From assembly GCF_026210795.1 (NCBI RefSeq), contig NC_089430.1, forward strand, positions 1,798,001 through 1,862,000: 64,000 nt of DNA, given 5' to 3'. Shown piece after piece: positions 26,881 to 40,079 of the stretch (the first letter of the stretch is position 1; every line of letters starts with the position of its first letter). Made by a program: the position numbers and the translations under genes. Origin of the DNA: Rhizophagus irregularis. Lineage: Eukaryota. The notes beneath the pieces were generated by a model. That model saw only the letters and a program-made list of their open reading frames with translations. It was not told where the DNA came from and made no database searches.

Positions 26881-28165
26881 CCTCAAAAATCGGTTAAAAA
26901 GCAAACCAAAATAGATAATTATTCCTCTCGATAAATTTTTTTTTAAATATATTTAGTTAAATTAACTTCATAAAAAAGTATTTAAATTTTTTTTTAAAAT
27001 AAACCTTTGTTTATAATTACATCATCATAAAATGACTATTTAACATGAGTGATAATGAAACTGAATGTACTATCATAGTTGTCATCAAAATTATTTATGG
27101 AATAAGGCGACTTGGTTTATAGTTTTCTTTTTGTACTACTTTTGATTCTATTTTTATAGTCTCCTTGCAGTTGTATTGAAGCTTTGTTCACTCTGTAAAA
27201 TAAAAATAACCATTTTTTAATAGCAAAGAAAACTTATAAATAAAAATTAAAAAACAATTAAGTACCTAAATTGTATTGACTGTTGATTAATTGAGGGTCA
27301 CAAACTATTAAAACTAAAAAAATTTTTATCCAAAAATAAAATTATTAAAATAGAAAATAGTCCGAACCCAGATGTGCCGTTTAAAGTATACATCGACATG
27401 ATGTCACGACTGTCATGTGTCAAATGGCGTGACTGATTTATAAAAATTCCATTGATTATTATATTCGGGCTATATTTTTTTCCGATACACTGATTTTATT
27501 TTTTAAGCATGACGACTATGACGTCCAGAAAATTTTTCTTTATTTCACTTTCTAATATTCCTTATATTTAGAGTTAAGGGCTTTCAGCAGGTAATGCCCT
27601 AAAAAGTTTCATAATAATATTACGTGTTAGTATAGCAGGATTTTTTAATTTTTTTATAATAATTCAAAATAATCATTTATTATATTTTGTATCGAGAACG
27701 GAAAAATTTTATTATTGAATGTAACTATCACATTTTATCAAATGAACAGAAATCCAAAAACGAAATAATTTAATTATATTATTATAATGAATTTTGTACA
27801 CTTACTGTATATATTAAGTTTTATTTATGAAAATATTCAATTTATACTCAATTTTATTGGAGAAAAAAATACTGGTAAAGTTGCAAAGTTGCTTCTTATA
27901 ATCTTAAAATTTTTAAAAAATTAAACTTATTTATTTTTTCATTGACATTTTTTTTTATTATGGAAATTGGACATAGTTTAACGCAGATCAGTGAACCGGA
28001 AAAAACATGGCCCGAATTATTTAACTTCTTCAGTTCCACTTTTGGTTAAGATATTCCTGATTCATGACATTATCCGTTAGACTGTTATGACGTACAAAAA
28101 AAAATTTAAAATAAATATTTTTTTTTTTCCGTAAAATAAATTTCCAAATTTTCAAAATAACCAAA

Positions 28166-31100
28166 ATGGAAACTAAATTTGATAATTTAAATATCTCAGA
28201 TAAAAATACTGATACATTAAACAACAAAAATTGTCTTTATTGCAATAAACTTCTTACTGAAGAGTTATGGTGTAAAGAATGTATTAATTCTTTAGAAAAA
28301 TCAGCAGAAAATGGTGACGAAGAAGCAATGTTAAATTTAGCCAATAGTTATAGAGATGGAAAAGGAGTGGAAAAGAATTTTGAAAAAAGCTTTCATTGGT
28401 ATCAAAAAGCATCAGAGAATGGTTATACTGATGCAATGCTTGTTTCAGCCATATGTTATAAAAATGGAGAAGGAACAGAAAAGAATTTAGACAAAGCTTT
28501 TCAATGGTATCAAAAAGCAGCAGAAAATGGTATTAAAAAAGCAATGACTAATTTAGCAGCATTTTATTATAGTGGAATTGGAACAAAAAAGGATTTAGAA
28601 AAAGCTTTTTATTGGTGTCAAAAAGCAGCAGAAAATGGTGACAAAGTAGCAATGTTTATTTTGGCCAATAGATATTATAATGGAGAAAAAACAGAAAAAA
28701 ATTTAGAAAAAGCCTTTCATTGGTGTCAAAAAGCAGCAGAAAAAGATCATATTAAAGCAATGTTAAATTTAGCTATGTGTTATGAAAATGGAGAAGGAAC
28801 AGAACAGAATTTAGAAAAAGCCTTTCATTGGTGTCAAAAAGCAGCAGAAAAAGATCATATTAAAGCAATGTATAATTTAGCTATATATTATGAAAATGGA
28901 GAAGGAACAGAAAAGAATTTAGAAAAAGCTTTTCAATGGTATCAAAAAGCAGCAGAAAATGATAATGAAAATGCAATGTTTTGTTTAGCCAGTATGTATT
29001 ATAATGGAGAAGGAATAGAAAAGAATTTAGAAAAAGCTTTTCAATGGTACCAAAAAGCAGCAGAAAATGATGATGAAAGTGCAATGTTTTTGATAGCTGA
29101 TATGTATTATAATGGAGAAGGAACAGAAAAGAATTTAGAAAAAGCTCTTCATTGGTACCAAAAAGCAGCAGAAAATGGTATTAAAGAAGCAATGTTTTAT
29201 TTAGCCAATATGTATTATAGTGGAAAAGGAACAGATATAAATTTAGAAAAAGCTTTTCAATGGTATCAAAAAGCAGTAGAAAATGGTATTAAAGAAGCAA
29301 TATTTTATTTAGCCAATATGTATTATAACGGAAAAGGAACAGAGAAGAATTTAAAAAGGGCTTTTCATTGGTTTCAAAAGGCAGCAGAAAATGGTATGGA
29401 AGAAGCAATATATGTTTTAGCCATGTGTTGTGCAGATGGAGAAGGAACAGATATAAATTTAGAAAAAGCTTTTTATTGGTATCAAAAAGCAGCAGAAAAT
29501 GGTAACAATGAGGCAATGTTTAATTTAGCTACATATTATAAAGATGGAAAAGGAACAGATATGAATTTAGAAAAAGCCTTTTATTGGTATCAAAAAGCAG
29601 CAGAAAGTGGTATTAATGAGGCAATGAATAATTTAGCAGCATATTATTATAGTGGAATTGGAACAAAAAAAAATTTAGAAAAAGCTCTTCATTGGTACCA
29701 AAAAGCGGCAGAAAATGGTAATGAAATTGCAATGTTTAAATTAGCTATGTATTATGAAAATGGAGAAGGAGTAGAAAAGAATTTAGAAAAAACTTTTTAT
29801 TGGTATCAAAAAGCGGCAGAAAATGGTATTAAAGAAGCAATGTTTAATTTAGCCATATGTTATGATATTGGTAAAGGAATAGAAAAGAATATAGAAAAAG
29901 CCTTTCATTGGTACCAAAAAGCAACAGGAGAAAATGGTATTAAAGAAGCAATGCTTAATTTAGCTTATTGTTATTATAATGGAGAAGGAACAGAAAAGAA
30001 TTTAGAAAAAGCCTTTTATTGGTATCAAAGATCAGCAGAAAATGGTAATGAAGATGCAATGTTTAATTTATCTAAACGTTATGAAAATGGAGAAGGAACA
30101 GAAATGAATTTGGAAAAAGCCTTTTATTGGTATCAAAAAGTAGCAGAAAGCAATGAGGACAATTCTGAAAATGAAGTTGAATTATGTAGTGAATGTAAAC
30201 AGCCATATATTGATTACCAGTGGTGCCAAAAATGTAATACTAAACGATTTCAACAAGATTTTTCAAAATGGACTAGTAAAAATGAATTTGTTGATAAATT
30301 TATTCAAGAAGCACAATTAAGTGCTAGAAATGGTTATGAAATTTTAGAGTGGATACCATATGATAGATTGTCAGATGTTAATTATTATGACAAAGGAGGA
30401 TTCAGTGAAATTCATAAAGCTATCTGGTTAGATGGACCTATTTATAGTTGGAATTTTGAAAAACAACAATGGAATAGATGTAATTTTCAAACAGGTTATG
30501 AGGTTATTCTTAAAATACTTAATAATTCATCAAATTTAAATAATAAATTTCTGGATGAGGTATATTGTTTATATTAAATATAAAAATTTATTTTCTTTTG
30601 CAAAATTTAATAATTTTTTTTTATCATTTATACAGTGGAAATATCATTATAATTGTCAGAAGAAATCATTTTCAAAATTTATTCAATTCTTTGGAATTAC
30701 CCAAGATCCAAATAATTCAAATTATATGATAGTAATGAGTTATGCAAAAAAGGGAAGTTTGAGAAAATGTTTATCTGATATTAATAAATTTAAATGGCAA
30801 GATAGGTTACAATTATTGAAAAGTATTATATTAGGACTTAAAGTAATTCATAGGTCAGATTTAGCTCATGGTGATTTTCATGATGGTAATATTTTAATTT
30901 CAGATAATTATAATGAGTTATTTATTATTGATTTAGGATTATGTAAACCTATAAGTGATTTACAGGATTCTGACAATGAAATTTATGGAGTATTGCCTTA
31001 TATGGCGCCTGAAATATTAAGAAGAAATCCCTATACTCCAGCAAGTGATATTTATAGTTTTTCAATGATAATGTGGGAATTTACATCGGGCATTCCTCCA

Positions 31101-31530
31101 TTTAATTATGAAGCACATGATCTTGAACTTAGTTTGAGTATTTGTGAAGGTGAACGTCCTAAAATTATGAAAAAATACTCCAAAATGTTATATAGATTTA
31201 ATGAAAAAATGTTGGGATTTGGATCCTTTCAATAGGCCAACTATAATAACACTTGAAAATATTATATCCGAATGGATTAAATGTATTAATAGATATTATG
31301 CAGCAAACAGTGATGGAAATTATCTCTATGAAGTACCTGACATCAATAATCAATTAAAAATTGATATGTTGGAATTTATAGAAGGAAACGAAGCTTTAGT
31401 TCAAGAACAAGAACAAGAAAATGCTTCTATTATAAAATTTCATCCACAAGCATGTTATACAAGTCGCAAACTTACTGAAATTTATTTCCAAGAAGAATCA
31501 CAAGATTTTGATTCTATGATTATAGATTAA
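28166..31530 (+). CDS. Protein kinase with 17 N-terminal Sel1-like repeats; exons 28166-30559 and 30636-31530; one extra A in the run at ~31170-31175
   Basis: 36 aa repeats AM.NLA..Y.NGEGTEKNLEKAF.WYQKAAE; kinase KGGFSEIH, HGDFHDGN, IDLG, YMAPE; removing one A gives MKNTPKCYIDLMKKCW. Confidence 0.85.
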
Positions 31531-31854
31531 TAATTCAGTTTATTTATTCTTTATTTGTTAGATTATTTATCAGTCAGTTATATATTGAATATCTATATTA
31601 TGTACTTTTACAATTTTTACAATAAAGTCAGCATTATTAAATACAAGTATGTTAGTTATTGAAATAATGTTTATTATATTTTTATTTTCATTTACAATCT
31701 TGCCTAGCAAACTTAATATACAAATCCATACTACAAAATTTACTGTCTTAGAATAATATTATAATAATTACAAATTCTTCCATCCACTAAATTTTCTTTC
31801 TGATATGATACTAAAAATCCTTGCACATTGTTGAGATCCAACGTTCTTTTTTAA

Positions 31855-32110
31855 TGATATTCTTTAAAAATATGTAAAGGAATTAAACCAAAATTTCTAA
31901 ATATACCTAAATATACACCAAAATTATTTTAGATTTGATAATGAAATGTAATAAACAACCACTGAAGAATTATATCAGTTACTAAAAAATGGAATAATGA
32001 AATTGAAAAATAAAGGTAGCAAATTAGCGAAACAAGTGAATTAAAAAGAGTGAAGGTATATTAGCATACATCATATACTAGCACACATACAATATTTTAT
32101 TAGCAGACTT
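31855..32110 (+). pseudogene. Kinase C-lobe fragment
   Basis: ICKGIKPKFLNIPKYTPKL..DLIMKC..TTEELYQLLK-like pieces with frameshifts. Confidence 0.55.
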
Positions 32111-33169
32111 TCATATTTCAAAAACAATAAATTCAATAGATTTATTTTGTTTTTAACATTTTATATGTTTTTATAGATTGTTATCGTAATTCCATATGTT
32201 TTATGCAAATCATTTTTGAAGATTTTTATTAAACAGGAATATAAACGTCAATGCAAATTTATAATAAATTAGACAATTACATATAGTGTAAACAATTAAA
32301 GACCTAAAAATAAAATCTATTCTAGTATTAGTTAAATAATTTTTACTTAAATTAGTTTCAATCTCTAACCAGCTCTAAATTATGTTAATACAGCATTGTA
32401 CTATATTTATTTAATCTTATTAAAACCTTTATAAAATTTTTGGCAAATAAGTACAATTAATATTATGTACAAAATTGCCGCAGACTACTTAAATAAGTAA
32501 ATTGCAAAGTTGAAAATGTTAACTTTTTTAATAATAAAAAAATATAGCTTGTTATTAATAATATCATTTTGAATTATTTTTACTTAAATATGTATTAGTT
32601 GTTATAGTTGTTTACTACGTATAGTATAGCATAGTAAATAACTACGCGAGCATCTATTTGATCAGTGATCACTATATAAAATAAACTATTTTAGATTTTG
32701 TGTATTTGTGGGGAATGTAAGTTAATATCACTGATTGTTATATAACTATAAATATTAGTAAAAACTGAACGTGAATGTATTAAGATGTATTGTAATAATA
32801 GCAAATCAATAAAAATAAACTATAACTACTATAGCTTATCATACTGGTTACATAGTTTATAAACGGCAAAAACAAAATACTAGATGCCCATTAGTGGCCA
32901 GGTGATAAAAATAATTATGTGTTAAATGTTCAAAAAAATTTTCTCTTTTATTATTATTATACTAATATAAATTATATTAATTATGCTTCATACAATATAT
33001 AGCATAATTTTTCATAAAATACAAATAGTAAAAAAAAAATTAATAAACTTATAAAATGATATATCATTTGTTTATGGTTAATTTTTAACCATGTATTCAT
33101 CTGTAAAAAAAAGTATTTGATTTAAAAATTGCTTATAATTATTAATTATATATTGAACATACCCTAATT

Positions 33170-34520
33170 TCTACTTGTCATCATTTCGTCATCACCATGC
33201 ACAATTTCTTAATGAGTTTTGTGCTAGATATTCATTTATTAATTTAACTGAATAATTTGGATATTTATTAAAAATCATTTTCAAATTTTTAGCAATTGGT
33301 CTTTTTTTAGGATCATTGCTCCAACATCTTTTCATCAATTCTGCATATTCAGACATAGTACCTTCAATTTTTCAGGTCTAATACCCTTACAAACATCTAA
33401 AGAAGAAATTATAAGAAATACACAGTGAAATTCGATAAACCGGATCTATCGGTTCCACTAAAAATATCCGGTTTATCGGGATATCCAGTTTAGCGAAAAA
33501 ATTTCGATATATTGAAAATCTATTATATTGAATTTTTAAAAAATTTTCATGCTAATAAAACTAATATACACTATAATTTGATTTTTTCATCTAGTTTTAA
33601 GTTATAGAGGTCATGAAAATGAATATAAAATATTTTAATTGAATATATAAGTAATACTTAACTTCAGCCGGAATTAAGATTTTTATAATTCCAGCCAAAT
33701 TTAAGATTTACCGCATCACGTTACTTAAATTTTATTGGTTCCCAGTCACGTGATCCGGTTTATCGAATCATTTTTACTATAGCTGGTTAGAAAATTGATC
33801 CGTTATAGCGAATATCGAGCTTTTACTAGTAAACTCCGGTATATCGAGCCTATTTTAATATACGTGATTTGGTTCCCGCAAAAAAGTCCGGTTTAGGCCC
33901 AAATCCGGTTTATCGAATATCCGGTTTATCGAATTTCACTGTGTATTATGAAATGCTGGGACTCCTGATGTCAACTCCACATTATTATGCCTAAACTAAA
34001 TATATCAGCAACTTTTGTATATGGTTTACCAAATGAAACTTCTGGTGCCATATAAGGAAGAATTTCATTTGCATCATTTTTTTGTATTAGATTGATTAAC
34101 TGGTTACGTAATCCAAGAGAATTCCTTTAAGCTGAGATATAGAAATTAAATGTATAGCTGCGTATCTAATAATTTATTAGAAATTTTAGAATTTTATATC
34201 ATATCTTATCTCAAATTACTCACTATTGCATTAATCATGAAATAAAATATTTCTATGGCTAATAATAACAAAGTTTAAAACAATTATTCGCCTCATTTAA
34301 TAAATCCTCGTTAATCATTTAAGCTTTTAAGTATTATAAGGTAACTTTAATTTTTATTAATTTAAGTGGATTTTAATTTGCATATTTATTATCTTGTTCA
34401 TTTTTAAAAACCGTTCACTTCCAATTTTGTTTCTCATAATTCCTAACAAAATGCCCATATATACTGTGCTAAAACCACCTTATGCAAGAAATTTAATAGT
34501 CCCTAATTGTTATATAAAGG
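33170..34520 (-). pseudogene. Degraded TKL kinase interrupted by a MITE
   Basis: A*GGFSTVYMG, ILPYMAPEVSFGKPYTKVADIFSLGIIMW, PAFHNISYN, ELMKRCWSNDPKKRP. Confidence 0.75.
33421..33943. mobile_element. MITE with CACAGTG termini and TA target duplication (Tc1/mariner/pogo-like)
   Basis: Perfect TIR cacagtgaaattcgataaaccggat; removing the element and one TA restores the kinase frame PAFHNISYNF; internal atccggtttatcg repeats. Confidence 0.85.
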
Positions 34521-35314
34521 ATCCATTTAAGCAACTTGCAAATGATTTGGTTAATAAAAAATTTTTTACCAGTAAAGTGTAACATTGAAATAAGCACATT
34601 TAACTTTTATTCTGTCGTATTTTGTATGTAAAATTAAGCATGATATTTATTAATTTATGCTACAAAATATAAAAATTTTGTCCAATCAAATTCGAGGTCC
34701 AGGAGGATGCTCCTGCGTTTTCAGCCATTTCAACCGTTTATATTTATCTAGGCGAAATCTTATTTGTCACATGCCGTAATGCAGGCCAATTCACGTGAAC
34801 GCAAAATTTTTGTCGGTACCGCTGAGAATGTTTTAACATCCTGAATACTACGAAATGTAATTATTTTTTATTGCATCAATAGACAAGCGATACCAAATTC
34901 TCATATTTTAATACAATATTTTTCCCCTAATCTTTTGAACTGTGGGACGAGAAAATTCATTTTTGATAGATTTTGCAAAAAAAATATCACATAATGGTAT
35001 GGCATAGTATATTGCCTTGAAATTGAAACATAGATAGCTATAGAATTGTTTCATCTGATTAATTTATCTGAAATCAAATGTAGCATAAATTATAATTTTT
35101 TGGACAATCAATTTTAACATGTTTAATATATTTGAATTTTAATACAGAAATAATAAATGAATCAATAAAGATTTTACAAATCCTTTATTCTTTAATGATA
35201 TTGGCTCTTTAACCATTGTTAAACCTAATACAAGATAGTATAAGATAAAATGATATGATAAAATTGGGCTTTGCTCCATTAATATTACAATAAATATATA
35301 GGTACGTGTACATT

Positions 35315-35609
35315 CCCTATAAAAAAAGAAAATTCAGAATTTGTCCTGAAAAGTATGGAAAATGTCCGGAAATTTTCCGTGCGTCCGGAAAACATTTGGA
35401 AACGGTCACGTTTTGGAACATTTTCCGGACGCACAAATTCCAGACATTTTCTTGACACTCCAGAATTTGTCCAGAATTTGTCCAGAATCGAGCGTCCGGA
35501 AAATGTTCCAAAACGTGACCGTTTCCGAATGTTTTCCGGACGCACGGAAAATTTCCGGACATTTTCCATACTTTTCAGGACAAATTCTGAATTTTCTTTT
35601 TTTATAGGG
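35315..35609. mobile_element. Foldback MITE (CMC/EnSpm-like), copy 2
   Basis: Same sequence as 11323-11616 with few substitutions; TSD att on both sides. Confidence 0.85.
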
Positions 35610-35722
35610 ATTACATAAGAAAAATTTCGATCATTAATTATTGTGATTTTTTTTGAATCTCACTCGATCGAGATGATTAGTTAATAGTAGTCAGGTCTCT
35701 TAAAGTTCATATTTTCCTTGGA

Positions 35723-36052
35723 CTAAGGTGTCGGAGCTAAAAACATTGCGATGCATACATTGCTACAAGCAGCAAAACCTGCTTGACAGGCTGGATAAGC
35801 AGCTATGGCACCTAAATAATCATAAAATCCTTAAGTTTGAAAAATAAATGTACTGACCCATTTTGAAGAATTAAAGTTGCATTTACCAGCACCGTATGTT
35901 GATAAGATTGAGACACCCATACAAGTGTGGTATGCAGTACCACAAGCACCCGCACACGTGGCATAGGATCCAAAGCCAGCATTAACGTTTGAAGACGTGA
36001 AAAGCAAGAATGTCAAAATGAATGTAAGCCATATAATGGACCTCAGATTCAT
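35723..36052 (-). CDS. Small secreted cysteine-rich protein, 84 aa; exons 36052-35887 and 35811-35723; resembles the 'zygote-specific class V'-like Cys-rich family ending in APTP
   Basis: Hydrophobic signal peptide ending VNA|G; a 75 nt GT-AG intron gives GFGSYATCAGACGTAYHTCMGVSILSTYGAGAIAAYPACQAGFAACSNVCIAMFLAPTP*. Confidence 0.8.
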
Positions 36053-37103
36053 GGTGATTATGCGTAATAAATAAATTTTGAATTTTGAATTTGGTCAGAT
36101 TACTCAGAGAAAAAAAAAGTTGAATGAAATGTTTTTGGGATCATTGGGAATTTATGTGGAAAATTATTCTGTCGCACAGACTTGTCAGATGATCACGAAC
36201 TCTTGGCAAGGAATGAATTTTCCGATTTTGATGACTTATACTCTGTGTATTTTGAACATTTCTAAATTGGTGCAAATATGGCTTAAATGTGAACGAAAAC
36301 TTTATTAATATTCATTGCCAGGTTTATTTTCGATAGTTAACTCTCCCAACACTCACTATGTTTCATATGTTCTTTTTTTGTATAATAGACATGACGAAAG
36401 ATTTAAAAATATAATGATTTCGCACTTATATCAGAATTCTAAGTTAACAGTTTATAGTTAATATGAAAAACGTTCTGTATTGATTTAATAATACGCAATT
36501 CATTTATAATGGTCAATGTCATTTTCTTCCATGCTTTCATTTACCGGTAGGAAGCATCCGAGATTCAATTATGTGATTTTCTTTTCTAAAGATTTCTAAT
36601 CTGGTAGAATCCTCACCAGAATTAGTAATCCGAGATCTTTGCAAATTCTAAATGAAACTAGTACGTAGGTGATTTCGTCATAACAAATACATGATACCGT
36701 TCAATACTTTTTTATAAAAAATTATAGGTACGATACAATAAAAGAGAAAGCAAAATGTCTTCCAAAAATCGAGTTACACACTCGTCCGTAAAAAACCTAA
36801 AAGAAAAATCGACTCACCATTAACTGGTAACGGGATATAATTAAAGATAATCATAGTTCCGTATAATAACTCAGAAGTTTCCTCAACTTCTGTCTCGAAC
36901 AAAAACACAAAGGCACAAAAACATCAAAAATCTCTCTTACACCGATGATAACATCAATAGTAAAGAAGCTTCTAAACAAAATAATGGAAATCCTTCTGAC
37001 AACATAGAAATATCACCCATGATAATTTACATAACTTCATTCATGCACCTTTAAAATCTCGTTCAAATGTTGACGATTATATTCATAGTGTAGACATCTG
37101 GAT

Positions 37104-39657
37104 CAGGGCCGATGATTTTATGATGTGATATAACATAAATTATTTATGTGTTATAACCAAATTATGTGATAAGATTTTTTTTAATTTTTATTATTTTATG
37201 TGATATTATTTGATAAATTTATATAATTATTTGATTTTATGTATAATAAAGATGTGATAATTTTATAAAATTTATTATTTAATTTTAATTCCTCATATTT
37301 TAAACACCATTAAAGTACAACATACTTAATCCCTTAAGAGAATCTTTAGACAAACTTTGCCAATCATTATCCAAAAGAGAATTGTACATAGAAAAGCTCC
37401 GTTCAACAGTACAACTTGATATCGGCAGACAAATATAATCCAAAGCAATATTAGAAAGGATTGGCAATTGCGTTGCCTTATTTAACCAATATTGATCCAA
37501 TTCGATTTCACCTAAAAATTCATTATCTAAGCCACAATAAATTCCCCATTCTCGTAATAATTCATCTGATGGGTTAGCGAATTCCTTAATTATATTGTAC
37601 TGCCGAATGTTCTTTCGTAAAAGGTCTCCAGCATGAATATATCTAGGATCAAAAACTTGGCATGCATGAAAGAGTGGTCGAGTTGGATGATTAGGAATAT
37701 GGGCAGAAAATTTGCTGTAAGCTGTTTCAAAGGCCAATCTGAAAATAGCATAGAAATCGTTTGGATTAAATCGAAGCTGGATTATTAAATTTTCCAAAGA
37801 AGGGCCAAAATCGTTTGAATTCCTATACATTTTGATATAAGAAGTGAGCTGTTGAAGTCGTAATTCAACAAGAGGAAAAATAGGTTTATTTAATTGCTGG
37901 AAAAAATCGAGATCTTGAATGAATTCTTTAGCATAAAAAGAAATGAAATTAAGATAAATGGTAATGATGTCTGATTCTTTTTCATTCTGTAGACAAGAAT
38001 TAATGGCCATCAATGTAACGTGTTTCTTGTCATTATCAAATTCTTCTTTAAAAAGGAAGGCCAATAGATGATGTGTTCCTTTGCATAAATTACCATCTGA
38101 AACCAAGAATTCCAACGAGTTTTGTTATATAAAGGAATTTTGCATGGTGAAGAAATTCCATGCATTTTCAAATAAGCTAAATATCGGCCTCTTCGGGCAG
38201 GAGAATGGACGAAAACCTCTTTAATTTTATCCAATAAACTTTTCAAAATATTAAACTGAGATAATGTTCTCCACATATCACTATTAATTTAGTACAACAA
38301 AAGAAAGATCAAATCTCAGCAAAACGAACTCAAAAAAATCAAATAAGCAACAAAAAAAAGGAGGTCAAAGAACAAAACAATATTATAAGATCAAAATTCA
38401 AATGTTTTTTTTTATTATTCAAAAAATTCCATCTAATCTATTCATAATTTAACTATATAGGCAAAATGATGTAATAATAATACTAATTATTATGAAAAAT
38501 GATGTAATAAATATATAATAAATTAATGATATACTAATTATTATCGTAATAAATTAATATAATGTAAAATAATTATTATCGAATCAAAAATAATAATAAT
38601 AGTGATTGTAACAAAACCCAAACCAAAAATCTCTAAAAGAAAAACTAATTATCCTATTAAATTTTTTTATACTCACGAAAATAATTTGATAAACATACCC
38701 GATAAGATTTATAATATGTGCACAACACGGAACATGAATTAATTGTGGCATCAATGGTAACAAGACTTCACGATAGCATTTTTTCATATAAGCCGCTGAA
38801 TCTGATAGAAATAAACGTGGCAAATTAAAAGATATATTGAAATGAGTAAGAATTGTTGTAAGAACTTGTCCCATTATAGTATTTGTTACGCGTTCAAGAA
38901 AATCGACTGAAACTAATTTTGTTTCATGACGATAACAAAAAAGAGTATTAACAACGCTTCAAGCACAATCATCAGTGGTTTCATCCATAATTATAGCCAT
39001 GGGTTTTGAATCAAAAAGTAATTTAAGAGATTGATAATGCTTGTCAAAAATATTAGGTAAATAATTTTGTCTAAGAGTAGGAGCGTGGGGAATAGAGCCT
39101 CCATTTTTAACATGTTTTTTAAAAAATGGAAGTAAAGAATTGACTTTTTCAAGAGGAATGTCTGCTATTGCAAATGCTTCTATAAGGTCTTCAATAAGTT
39201 GGTTCTTTGACTCAGAAGCTGCTCGAGTAGACGAGAGAGTAAGTTGCTGTGTTCTATTGTGGCTTTCTTCTTGACTTCTCACATTTGATATATGTTTCTG
39301 ACTTTTACAGTGGTTATCTACAACAGATTTATGCTTCCATTCCACAGAAACATTACAGTAATTACAGAAGAGAATATTATTATCAACATGAAAAATGTCT
39401 TTATATTCATTACATCTGGTGTAAACTGAAACGACTTTGCTTTTTTTTGGCGGCATAATATTTATAACGAAAAAAGAGATCGAAGATAATTGATAATCAT
39501 CTGAAGCTGAATTTATATTTACTGCGGATTATGTGATTTAACATAGGAAGATCCTATATTATGTGATTTTATGATTTGATATACAGGAATTATGTGATAT
39601 CACATAAATTATGCGTTTAATGTGAAATTATATGATCAAATAAAATCATCGGCCCTG
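37104..39657 (-). mobile_element. Full-length hAT DNA transposon (2554 bp)
   Basis: Perfect 18 bp TIR cagggccgatgattttat; 8 bp TSD atctggat/atttggat; subterminal atgtgat repeats; transposase inside. Confidence 0.92.
37300..39456 (-). pseudogene. hAT transposase with N-terminal CGGBP1/BED-like zinc finger (~579 aa); intron 38698-38281; one in-frame TGA (38959-38961) and one frameshift (~38050)
   Basis: FCNYC..HCKSQKH, MDETTD, DSAAYM, CCAHIINL, TRWNS, PISSCTVERSFS. Confidence 0.85.
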
Positions 39658-40079
39658 ATTTGGATTACAATCCAAATATTCGAAGGCTAACCAAATGGAT
39701 AATTATTCCCTCAACAATGATGATCAAATACCAGATCAAGCCAACAAGGGTTGATTGGTATAATGCGGAAAAATGGATTAATCATTAACCCATTTGAAGA
39801 TCCTACATGTGAACATTATCAAACTTACAAAAAAGCCCCCTAATTCTTTGGGGTGAAAAAAATTGCGAAAAATAGGATATGGTATTTCACGTATACATTT
39901 TGATTGGTGATTTTCTTGTATTACAGTATATTATATTTTTAATAAAATAAAGATTATCACAAAAATTTAAATTTCTTATAACACGCGCATAAAATTTTTT
40001 TAAGAAAATTTATTAAAAAAAAATGGAGGCTAACGAAATTTCTTAACCACTTTAGACAGATCAACAAATTAATAAAAAG

